A program made the position numbers and the translations under genes. 64,000 bases of DNA from positions 4,402-68,401 of the forward strand of contig JAAYDW010000011.1 of NCBI GenBank assembly GCA_012729055.1, read 5' to 3'. Shown piece by piece: positions 48,501-56,285 of this stretch. The notes under the pieces were generated by a model. The model worked only from the letters and a program-made list of their open reading frames with translations. It had not been told where the DNA came from and made no database searches. Numbering within the stretch: position 1 is the stretch's first letter; each line of letters starts with the position of its first letter. The DNA comes from Deltaproteobacteria bacterium. GTDB lineage: Bacteria; Desulfobacterota; Syntrophia; Syntrophales; Smithellaceae.

Positions 48501-49788
48501 GCGGCTTCATCGCGATGATTTCCAGCCAGGCGCGGATGGTCCGGATATGCTCGGAATTGACGCGCACCTGCCAGTCCGTCGTGGCGCCCCGGATGTCCGG
48601 ATACTCAAAGCCGTAATTGATCAGCTCGTCGATGAAGATTTCCACCAGCGGATGGGCGTTTTGCGCAAAAATCTCCCGGGCCGCCGTAACGATGCAGTCG
48701 ATGCTCGCGCCGCGGAATTCATTTTGCGACGTGTTTTTTTTCAGGAAGCCGAAAATCTTGCGCACGAAATCGCCCAGGTTTTCCTTTTTTTCCTCCTGGA
48801 AGACCAACTTGAGCGAGTGATTGATTTCCCGCATGGCGCTGACGTGAATATCGCGCAGCCCCGGCGCCGACATGACGCCGAAGAGGAAATCGAGTTTGAC
48901 CAGATGACGGCTCGAGTAAGCCTCGGATTTTTCGAGCGCGTCGGCCACGTGGAGATAGCCGTCGATGATTGAAAAATAATCCGGCAGGGCCAGAAAATCC
49001 TTCCTCCGCGCTCCCGGCGGATCCCCGTCCCGCGGACAGAGCGTCTCGAGGTCCAGAATCAGCCGGCGAAAGCGGTGGTGAGACAGCGGCCGGATCAGCT
49101 CCAGGTAGGCGCTTTCATCCGGCGGCTCGTCGGCCCGCCGCTCCGCGATCAGCCACAGCGCCGGATCCGGCTGGCCCAGCCAGAACGTGTAGGTCGTCCG
49201 GAACATTTTGTACAGGAGCGTATCGAAGGCGGGCGTGGTGAGCTGCACGTTTTTTTCTTCGATCGCCCGGAGAATCCGCTTCAGGTAGGACGAGCACTTT
49301 TTGAACAGCGCGGTTTCGCCCTCGGCCAGTTCAAGAAAAGCGTTGATGAACTCCGGAAACAGCGACAGGTTTCTTTCCAGGAATTCATTGCTCTGCATGA
49401 TAATCGCATCGGCGTAATCAAAGAGATAATGAATGGCGCTGTCCTTGACGTCATCGGAGGCGTTGGATTGGAGGATGTCGAAATACATGGCGAGCAGCAT
49501 GGACAGGGCGGCTTGCCCCTGGGGATGGCTGTTGTAAATGTAAAAATCCCCGATGGAGATCGTCTTGAGTTCCTTGAGAACAAATTCCCAGTTGACGTAG
49601 GGATGGTTGAGCTCCGTGAGCAGCTCACGGGTCTTTTTCTGCAAACCGTAGTGATCTTGAACAATCTCAAGAAGCGGCGCGTACTGCGGTGGAATCTGAA
49701 CATCCACCGCCGTCCGCTCCAGATTGACTTTTAATGCTGAGGAAACCCATCGGCTGCCCCTGGCGAAGGGTTTTGATTTTGTTGTCAT
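45550..49788 (-). CDS. PPDK-like protein: long N-terminal region + ATP-grasp + phospho-His domain, no pyruvate-binding barrel
   Basis: LGNKG, VPPGFIITT, LLLSVRSGA..PGMM, VQAMVFGN..SGSGV.FTR, QEIEFT, LQTR, GGATSHAAV. The protein ends at IDGWTG.LY.G plus a short tail. Confidence 0.85.
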   Translation of the reverse strand: MTTKSKPFARGSRWVSSALKVNLERTAVDVQIPPQYAPLLEIVQDHYGLQKKTRELLTELNHPYVNWEFVLKELKTISIGDFYIYNSHPQGQAALSMLLAMYFDILQSNASDDVKDSAIHYLFDYADAIIMQSNEFLERNLSLFPEFINAFLELAEGETALFKKCSSYLKRILRAIEEKNVQLTTPAFDTLLYKMFRTTYTFWLGQPDPALWLIAERRADEPPDESAYLELIRPLSHHRFRRLILDLETLCPRDGDPPGARRKDFLALPDYFSIIDGYLHVADALEKSEAYSSRHLVKLDFLFGVMSAPGLRDIHVSAMREINHSLKLVFQEEKKENLGDFVRKIFGFLKKNTSQNEFRGASIDCIVTAAREIFAQNAHPLVEIFIDELINYGFEYPDIRGATTDWQVRVNSEHIRTIRAWLEIIAMKPRWTKRLISALIVNLKLGGIFIRDTDLIQRDISRLLNADIAPAYNLIKQLLRLFPVYFSEIGAEGELRDITTRVDELSFRNDRLVGFLRKQSHVESNSLLVEFTEDIFRFWFSGDKRFIRKHIPNEVFDDVHNEGVYFDGMHKALGSLYLKADKDPRNFLEWDKARIAREIAQIPDIPDGDRERVALMIRIYQLVYKKYFPQYFDLLKDLESANAFTAQDIQSLKRSLAGKNYYRSLASILKFLSVLKAKILSGRKTQSFENIYHKRHIAAGIPSMYGTYHEEKFDALGLSLRLEALGGMLFEELVKSLNLKFITKRTIIKIHTYLWHYLGALELEGIATEGLVAKVKYVTSALPIKQFSVDQYLDIFRFISKGIQDVIRDYYIDAHSVNLPIVVRRITPLCDAASVREGEKRSDELVYQQSENFLRAMISSAFGLQVLDNFVHAVIKTLDAELEKFKDNKRILNLLMDYNPELAVSSIYGKNGSLDNQILLGNKGYFLKKLVSFGFPVPPGFIITTEVFRGYDAVYGYKYIFRDLADRVNRQLAALEKKTGRKFGDRHNPLLLSVRSGATVSLPGMMRSFLNVGINAAIAETLSLRDDFSWAAWDSYRRFLQTWGMFQGQSRDFFDAIMDGFKHKHGVERKIQFPADQMKQIALAYKKGILDSGIPLADDPLRQLRHAILQVFDSWYSEQAQIYRHQMRLSDEWGTAVIVQAMVFGNFHERSGSGVIFTRDPKSASAEVTLYGDFIFGVQGDDIVSGLVETFPISEKQRMIEHRNTDISLEGNFPDIYAELVRIAEVLIYEKGFNHQEIEFTFEGPRKEQLYILQTRDMDQTKTKSLRRFKDTPSLHASLLGAGIGVSGGALCGRAVYSEEDIRRFRQTEPKTSLILIRPDTVPDDVGVLLQVEGLLTAKGGATSHAAVTIPQLSKVGVVGLSKLKVYESEGYAALEGHTIRAGDFICIDGWTGALYLGKHERETDRFYSIAL

Positions 49789-49959
49789 ATGTCATTGCCT
49801 TTACCGGTTGAATAAAACAGATATTACGCCTTATTTCAAGACGTAATATCTGCCGATCCGGTAAAGCTTGGAAGATGCGCGCAAAGGGAATGCCGCCTGT
49901 GATGCGCCAAGAACCTTCGAGCGCCCGAAAATGGTTTTCCCCTGAGCGATTCAATCCGC

Positions 49960-51303
49960 TCACCCCAGGATGCCGATGAATACGCCGCCGGCGATTGCAG
50001 CCCCGATGGCCCCGGCAACGTTAGGTCCCATCGCGTGCATCAGCAGAAAGTTTCTTTTGTTTTCCTGTTGCCCCATCACCTGGACCACCCGCGCCGACAT
50101 GGGCACCGCCGATACGCCCGCCCCGCCGATCATCGGATTGATTTTTTCCTTCAGGAACAGGTTCATGATTTTCGCCAGAACGACGCCGGCCGCGGCTGCA
50201 CTGGCAAACGAAACGACCCCGAGCACCAGAATAAGCAGCGTTTTGACCTGAAGGAAGTTTTCCGCCACCATGGTCCCGCCGATGGCAAGCGTCAGGATGA
50301 TGGTCATCACATCGATAAAAACCGTCTGCGCCGTGCTGCTGAGCCGTTCCACAACGCCGCTTTCCCTGAAAAGATTACCCAGCATCAAGCAGCCGATGAG
50401 CGGAGCGGACGCGGGAACAAAGAGGATCACGATGACCGTGGTGACCAGCGGAAACAGTATTTTTTCCAGTTTCGACACCGGCCGAAGAGTCGGTTTCATA
50501 TAAATCGCGCGTTCCTTTTTCGTCGTCAGCAGCTTGATAACGGGGGGCAGAATCAACGGAACCAGAGCCATGTAAGAGTAGCAGGCCACCGCCGTCGCGC
50601 CGATAATATGCGGCGCCAACTGCGCCGTAACATAGATTGTCGTCGGTCCCTCAGCGCCGCCGATTATACCGATGGATGCCGCCTCGTTGAAGGAAAAGCC
50701 GAACAACAGGGACAGGAAAAAGGCGAAGTAAACGCCAAACTGGGCGGCGGCGCCCAGCAAAAGCGTTTTCGGATTGGCGAGCATGGGACCAAAATCCGTC
50801 AGCGCCCCGAGGCAGAGAAAAATAAGGGGCGGAAGAATCTGCCACATGATGCCAAAGGAAAAAAAGATTGCCAGCAACCCGATGGGTTTCGTCGGAATCT
50901 CCGCCTGGTTGGTCTGTTGTGGAGTGAGAACCACGGCGATGACATCGCCTGCTTCGACCTGCTGCCCTGGTTTTACCTTGATTTCCTTGACCCGTCCGAA
51001 AACCGGCGCAGCGATCGCTCCGGTATCCGCCTGCACAATGGTGGCGTCTTTGTCGAAAACACGACCCTCCTCCACGGAGATCCGGCTGACTATTCCCGAT
51101 TTTTTCGCTTTAATTTCATGCTCATAATCCATCAGCCCGCCAATGGGCAGATTAACGAGCATGATAGCGAAGCCAATGGGCAGCAAAAGAAGAGGTTCCA
51201 TCTTCCTGCCAATCGCAAGATAAATCAGAACGGCGCCGATAATAAGCATCAGGGCGTTGCCCCAGGTGAAAAACTGAAAACCGCTTTCTAAAAGGCCGAA
51301 CAC
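49960..51303 (-). CDS. oadB: Na+-translocating decarboxylase beta subunit with inserted biotinyl/lipoyl-like domain
   Basis: EPLLLLPIGF, GALTDFGP, GAAAQFG, SIGIIGGAEGPT, YSYMALVP, GVSAVPMSARV, HAMGPNVAG. GTG start after GGAGG. Confidence 0.9.
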   Translation of the reverse strand: MFGLLESGFQFFTWGNALMLIIGAVLIYLAIGRKMEPLLLLPIGFAIMLVNLPIGGLMDYEHEIKAKKSGIVSRISVEEGRVFDKDATIVQADTGAIAAPVFGRVKEIKVKPGQQVEAGDVIAVVLTPQQTNQAEIPTKPIGLLAIFFSFGIMWQILPPLIFLCLGALTDFGPMLANPKTLLLGAAAQFGVYFAFFLSLLFGFSFNEAASIGIIGGAEGPTTIYVTAQLAPHIIGATAVACYSYMALVPLILPPVIKLLTTKKERAIYMKPTLRPVSKLEKILFPLVTTVIVILFVPASAPLIGCLMLGNLFRESGVVERLSSTAQTVFIDVMTIILTLAIGGTMVAENFLQVKTLLILVLGVVSFASAAAAGVVLAKIMNLFLKEKINPMIGGAGVSAVPMSARVVQVMGQQENKRNFLLMHAMGPNVAGAIGAAIAGGVFIGILG

Positions 51304-51351
51304 GTTGAATCCTCCATTTGAATAATCGTTAGGTTAATGAAGCCGTTGATC

Positions 51352-51489
51352 CTACTTGTTCATAATTTTCGTTATCTTTTCCGCGACGACCCTGGTCAGC
51401 CCTATGGTGATCCAAAGAATCGTCAAGAGAAAGAAGACCACGCCGAATCCGCCGGCGGCGATTTTCACAGCCAATCCCATATCAACCAT
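51352..51489 (-). CDS. Short OadG-like (gamma/delta) membrane subunit
   Basis: GFGVVFFLLTIL TM motif, GGAGG RBS, directly upstream of oadB. Confidence 0.7.
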   Translation of the reverse strand: MVDMGLAVKIAAGGFGVVFFLLTILWITIGLTRVVAEKITKIMNK

Positions 51490-51852
51490 AACAAATTTTC
51501 GACCTCCTTTTCTTTTGTTTGAAATGCCTTCGCCGGTGATGCTAAAAAACGTCCCTGTGCCCATTCCCTCGTCAGAACCATGACCTGATGTATACAACAT
51601 ATACAATACGCCACCACAAGAACGTTTGCCTCCTACATATAATTTTTCACAATGTCAATTTCTTTTTTTGAGCGTTCTTTGATTTCTGGGCCAATATTAT
51701 AAATATCTGAAATTACAAATAACAATGTTTCACGTCTACCATCCGCCATAAACCGGCGCAGTGTATAGCATATATACACTCTGATTTTTGCGCCGGGCTT
51801 GACCGCCCCCGGTGATTGTTATATGCATTCTTCGGAAAGGGGCGGGGATTTC

Positions 51853-52761
51853 ATGTCTTATAAAAATGTTGAAGATACGCAACAGCGGCTGGAAAAATCA
51901 GGCTACATTCCTTCGCGGGAAATCGCCACGGTGGTGTTTCTGGCCCAGGCCACGCAAAAGCCCGTTTTGATCGAAGGGCCTGCGGGCGTGGGGAAAACGG
52001 AGCTTGCCAAGGCTGTCGCCCGCAGCCTGGGGCGTGATCTGATCCGCCTCCAGTGTTACGAGGGGCTCGATGAAGCCAAGGCGCTCTACGAATGGGAGTA
52101 CGCCAAGCAGCTCCTCTACACGCAGATGGTGAAGGACCGCATCAACGACATCATCTGCGCCACGGCGACGCTTACCGAAGCGGTCGATCAGATCGCAGCG
52201 CAGGAGGACGCCTTTTTCTCCGACCGCTTCATTCAGCCCCGGCCGCTTTTGCAGGCAATCAGCTCGGAAAAGCCCGTTGTGCTGCTGCTCGACGAAGTGG
52301 ACAAATCCGATCCGGAGTTCGAAGCTTTTCTTCTCGAGCTGCTTTCCGATTTTCAGGTCTCCATTCCCGAACTCGGCACGCGCAAGGCCGTGCAGATTCC
52401 CTTCGTGCTGCTCACCTCCAACAACTACCGCGACATGAGCGACGCGCTCAAACGCCGCTGCATCCACCTCTATATCGACTATCCGGCGCGCGATACGGAA
52501 ATCGCCATCGTCCGGCTGAAGATCCCGGGAATCGAAGACAATCTCTGCGCCGCCCTGGTGGACGCCATCCGTAAAATCCGCACGCTGGATTTGAAAAAAA
52601 GCCCCAGCATCTCGGAAACCCTGGACTGGGCGCAATCGCTCCTGGCTCTGCACATCGGCGAGCTGTCGCCCGAGGTCGTTTCCGAAACTCTCAACGTGAT
52701 CTGCAAATACCAGACGGATCTGGAAAAAGTGCGTAAAAATCTGGGTCGGATCGTTTCTTAA
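51853..52761 (+). CDS. MoxR family AAA+ ATPase (CoxD-like)
   Basis: EGPAGVGKT, RLQCYEGLD, YEW.Y.KQLL, LLDEVDK, SDALKRRC, PSISETLDW. Confidence 0.92.
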   Translation: MSYKNVEDTQQRLEKSGYIPSREIATVVFLAQATQKPVLIEGPAGVGKTELAKAVARSLGRDLIRLQCYEGLDEAKALYEWEYAKQLLYTQMVKDRINDIICATATLTEAVDQIAAQEDAFFSDRFIQPRPLLQAISSEKPVVLLLDEVDKSDPEFEAFLLELLSDFQVSIPELGTRKAVQIPFVLLTSNNYRDMSDALKRRCIHLYIDYPARDTEIAIVRLKIPGIEDNLCAALVDAIRKIRTLDLKKSPSISETLDWAQSLLALHIGELSPEVVSETLNVICKYQTDLEKVRKNLGRIVS

Positions 52762-52771
52762 GCGGTGAGCT

Positions 52772-54157
52772 ATGGTCAAACTGGTTCAACAGTTCGTCTC
52801 CTGCTGCCGCGCGGCGGGACTGCGCATCTCGACGTCGGAAGTCCTCGACAGCCTGGGCCAGCTGCGCCTCATCAATCCGGTGGAAGAACTCCAGTTCCGG
52901 GCGCTGCTTGCCGCCAACTTTGCCAAGAGCCTCCGGGATCTCCAGCACTTCAACCGCCTCTACGAGCTTTTTTTCCACGAAATGCGCCTCGACATGGGCG
53001 ACATCACCCAAGCTGCGGCCTGGACCCGGCAGATCCGGGACGCCGCCGACGTCCTCAAGGAAAAGCCCCACGACAACCCCGTTTACGACGCCGTCGTGGA
53101 TTTTCTCGCCGGCAATCCCCTGCCGCTTCTGGCGGAAATGCGCCGGATCCATACGGAGTCGGACGATCAGCCCTCGGGCGCGCGGTTTAATTTCGGGCCG
53201 CTTGCCAGCCGGTTCAACGTGCTCATGCAGATCACCGGCGCCGGCGCGGGCGTGGCGGCGCTGATGAAGGATAATTATTTTCACGTGTCCCCGCAGACGC
53301 TGCAAAAGCTTTCCAACCATTTCGACGAGCGGCTCGCCGCAGCGCGCTCCATCCTGATGTACGAACCGCGGCCGGGAGACACGCTCACCCGCAAGGTCAC
53401 TACCCAGGAGCAGCGTTTCCGCGATCTGGGCGAAAAATCCTTCTCGACCCTGACCCGGGAGGAAGTGGCGGAAATGCGGGACGTCGTCGACCGCCTGGTC
53501 CGCAAGCTGAAAAACATCGTCAGCCGCCGCTTTGCCGCGCGGGACCGGGGCAACCTCGACGTCAAGAAGACCCTGCGGGCGTCGGCCCGCTATAACGGCG
53601 TTCCGCTCGACATCAAATACCGGCGTAAAACCCTGCGCAAAAGCAGGATCGTCACGCTGTGCGACGTCTCCGGCTCCGTCTGGGCGGCGGCCCGCTTCAT
53701 GCTCAACCTGGTTTATTCCCTGCAGGACTGCTTCGACAAGGTCAACAGTTTCGTCTTCATCGACCGGCTGACGGACGTCACGCCCATCTTTGAAGAGCAG
53801 GACATCTCCGAGGCCATCCGGATCGTCATGGAGGAGGCGGACGTCCACTACGAGGCGCCGACGGACTACGGTGAAACCTTCCGGCACTTCCGGAGAAACT
53901 ACATGGACCTTTTGACGAAAAAGACGACCCTCATCATCGTCGGGGACGGCCGCTCCAACTACCTCGCCCCCGAAGACGCGATCCTGGGGGAAATGCGCGA
54001 CCGCTGCCGCCGGGTCATCTGGCTCAACCCCGAGCCGGAAAACCTCTGGGGCACGGGAGACAGTGAAATGCGGGCCTACACGCATCACTGCCACGAAGTC
54101 CGGGCCTGCCGGAACATCAACCAGTTGATGACGTTCATCGAGGAGCTTGTGTTATAG
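52772..54157 (+). CDS. VWA domain protein (CoxE-like)
   Basis: LCDVSGSV, TDYG, IVGDGRSNY, IWLNPE...WGTGDSEM..Y. Confidence 0.9.
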   Translation: MVKLVQQFVSCCRAAGLRISTSEVLDSLGQLRLINPVEELQFRALLAANFAKSLRDLQHFNRLYELFFHEMRLDMGDITQAAAWTRQIRDAADVLKEKPHDNPVYDAVVDFLAGNPLPLLAEMRRIHTESDDQPSGARFNFGPLASRFNVLMQITGAGAGVAALMKDNYFHVSPQTLQKLSNHFDERLAAARSILMYEPRPGDTLTRKVTTQEQRFRDLGEKSFSTLTREEVAEMRDVVDRLVRKLKNIVSRRFAARDRGNLDVKKTLRASARYNGVPLDIKYRRKTLRKSRIVTLCDVSGSVWAAARFMLNLVYSLQDCFDKVNSFVFIDRLTDVTPIFEEQDISEAIRIVMEEADVHYEAPTDYGETFRHFRRNYMDLLTKKTTLIIVGDGRSNYLAPEDAILGEMRDRCRRVIWLNPEPENLWGTGDSEMRAYTHHCHEVRACRNINQLMTFIEELVL

Positions 54158-54159
54158 AA

Positions 54160-55269
54160 ATGACCGGCGCGAAAACCGATATCCGGAATTCGGCGGCGGC
54201 GTTTGCCGCCCGGCACATCGCCTTGCGCCCGGACCTCGGCGCCGCGGCGGAATTTCCCGCGGACATCTGGAAGGAAATGGCCCGGGCCGGTCTTTTTAAA
54301 ATCGGCATCGCGGAAGCGTTCGGCGGCGCGGGCGGCGGATACGCCGATCTGCTTACGGCCGGAGAGGCGTTTGTCGAAAGCGGCCGCAATCTGGGGCTGG
54401 CCGTTTCCTGGCTCTACCAGCAGATGCTTGCCCGCTTTGTCGTCGGCGGCTTCGGCACGCCTCCGCAGCAGCGGCAATACCTGACCGCGGCGGCGGCGGG
54501 GGAATGCACCCTGTCTTTCGCCGTCTCGGAACCGGGACTGGGCGCGCGGCCCAAACTTCTTGCCACCGAGGCGCGAAGAAAAGACGGCGGCTATCTTTTA
54601 AGCGGAGAAAAAACCTATCTCACCAACGGACCCATCGCCGACCTTTTTATCGTGGTGGCTGTGACCGGCAATGACGGCTCCCGCCGGCGCTTCACGGCCT
54701 TCATGGTTCCGCGCGGCGCGGCGGGTGTCACGGTCGGCCCGCCGCTGGAGGTCAATTTTCTCAAGCCGTCTCCGCACGGCGGTATCCGGCTTGACGCCTG
54801 CCCGGTTCTGCCGCAGGCTGTCCTGGGCCGGGAAGGCGCGGCTTGGACGGATCTGGTCGTCCCCCTGGGAGAAATTGAAGATATCGTGATGATGGGACCG
54901 ACGCTGGGCGGCATGGCCGCAGAGCTTGCGGCGCTTGCCAAAACGATTGCAAACCGGCCCTCGGCGACGGACGCGCAAGAGGAAGCTCTGGGAGCGCTCG
55001 GCAGTCTGCTGGCGGCCCTGCGGGCCGTCGCCCGGGAAGCCGCGGACTGCCTGGACCGGGGAGAGCCGACGCCCGTCGCGCTGACCGTCGCCTTTGCACG
55101 CATGGCCGCGGATTTCCACACAGCGGCTGCCCGCCTTCGGGACGTTCTTGCCGCCGCCTGGCCCGATGCAAACGTTTATCTGCAGCGGGATATGGAGGCG
55201 ATGGGCGCCCTCAAAAAGCGGGTGGCGCAGATCCGGCAGAAAAAAATCGGGCTGGCGCTTCTGAAATAA
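54160..55269 (+). CDS. Acyl-CoA dehydrogenase family protein, divergent C-terminus
   Basis: GGAGG, FAVSEPG.G, LSGEKTYLTNGP.AD, FTAFMVP. Confidence 0.8.
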   Translation: MTGAKTDIRNSAAAFAARHIALRPDLGAAAEFPADIWKEMARAGLFKIGIAEAFGGAGGGYADLLTAGEAFVESGRNLGLAVSWLYQQMLARFVVGGFGTPPQQRQYLTAAAAGECTLSFAVSEPGLGARPKLLATEARRKDGGYLLSGEKTYLTNGPIADLFIVVAVTGNDGSRRRFTAFMVPRGAAGVTVGPPLEVNFLKPSPHGGIRLDACPVLPQAVLGREGAAWTDLVVPLGEIEDIVMMGPTLGGMAAELAALAKTIANRPSATDAQEEALGALGSLLAALRAVAREAADCLDRGEPTPVALTVAFARMAADFHTAAARLRDVLAAAWPDANVYLQRDMEAMGALKKRVAQIRQKKIGLALLK

Positions 55270-56034
55270 TCAGGCGCGAACGACGGGATCGGTCAGCGTG
55301 TATTCGTTCATGATCTTCAGTTTTTCCATAATGAAGCGGCGAACCATTTCCGCCGTCTCTTCCACCGACAGATGGGCGAAAGCCGCATAGGGAATCTCTT
55401 CGAAAATCTTGATGTATATTTTCTGTACGCCGGTAAAGTTGAGGCTGTATTTGGGAAGCGCCTTGTTGGTGCCGCTCACGACAACGGGCAGGATGGGGAC
55501 CTCCTTTTCTTTCGCCAGCTGAAAAGCGCCCGGCTTGAAGGCTTTGACCTCGCCGTCGGGAGAGCGGGTGCCTTCCGGAAACATGAAAATCGAGCTGCCC
55601 TCCTCCAGATGGAGGGCGCATTCGGCGAGCATCTGTTCCACGCTCTCGCGGTCGCCGCGCTTGAGTTTGACGTAGCGGTTGAGCGTCATGTTCCAGCCGA
55701 TCAGCGGCAGACGGAACATCTCGATCTTCGACACCCACTTGAAATGAAAAAAAAGACGGAAGGCCACCAGAATATCGAGCTGGGACTGGTGGTTGGAAAC
55801 GACCATGTAGGCCGTGTTCTTGCGGACGTTTTCGCGGCCCTCGATGCGGATCCGCCAGGGCGGCATCATCCAAGTGTAAAGCGACGCCCAGAAACAGGTA
55901 AACAGATGCAGGAGCCTCAGCCGCCGGTCCAAGGGAGCTGTGACGAGACGCAGCGCCAGCGCCGTTAGAAACAGCGGAATGGACGTCACGGAAACGATAA
56001 TCAAAAAAACAGCGCTGACCAGACGATTAAACAT
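55270..56034 (-). CDS. Lysophospholipid acyltransferase (PlsC family)
   Basis: NHQSQLD, FPEGTRS, FKPGAF. Confidence 0.92.
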   Translation of the reverse strand: MFNRLVSAVFLIIVSVTSIPLFLTALALRLVTAPLDRRLRLLHLFTCFWASLYTWMMPPWRIRIEGRENVRKNTAYMVVSNHQSQLDILVAFRLFFHFKWVSKIEMFRLPLIGWNMTLNRYVKLKRGDRESVEQMLAECALHLEEGSSIFMFPEGTRSPDGEVKAFKPGAFQLAKEKEVPILPVVVSGTNKALPKYSLNFTGVQKIYIKIFEEIPYAAFAHLSVEETAEMVRRFIMEKLKIMNEYTLTDPVVRA

Positions 56035-56182
56035 AAGCCACTCCTCTCGTGATATACCGCTTCACCTCCGGCACCGGCAAAGCATGAACATTTGTGATGA
56101 ACGCTATCAAGCATAATTAAGTCCGCAACGCAAAGGTTTTCTCCGCCGGATCCGCGCCGGAAACCGCTTTCACGGAATGCGC

Positions 56183-56211
56183 TTGACAGGCCCCGGCGAT
56201 CCGACTATAGA
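56183..56211 (+). promoter_or_regulatory. Sigma70-like promoter TTGACA-N17-TATAGA
   Basis: Upstream of the histidine kinase gene. Confidence 0.55.
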
Positions 56212-56285
56212 AACTCTGCAAAAGGCGGAAGGAGGCGGCCACACGTCCCTCCCACAAAATACCTTCCCGGTGGCGACAATAATTT

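Noticed and set aside
45589-48972. 1127-aa ORF on the + strand
   Set aside because: Antisense shadow of the PPDK-like gene with no motifs. Long stop-free antisense frames are expected in GC-rich coding DNA. The same applies to 14462-15448, 22504-23559, 50035-51291 and 58943-60769.
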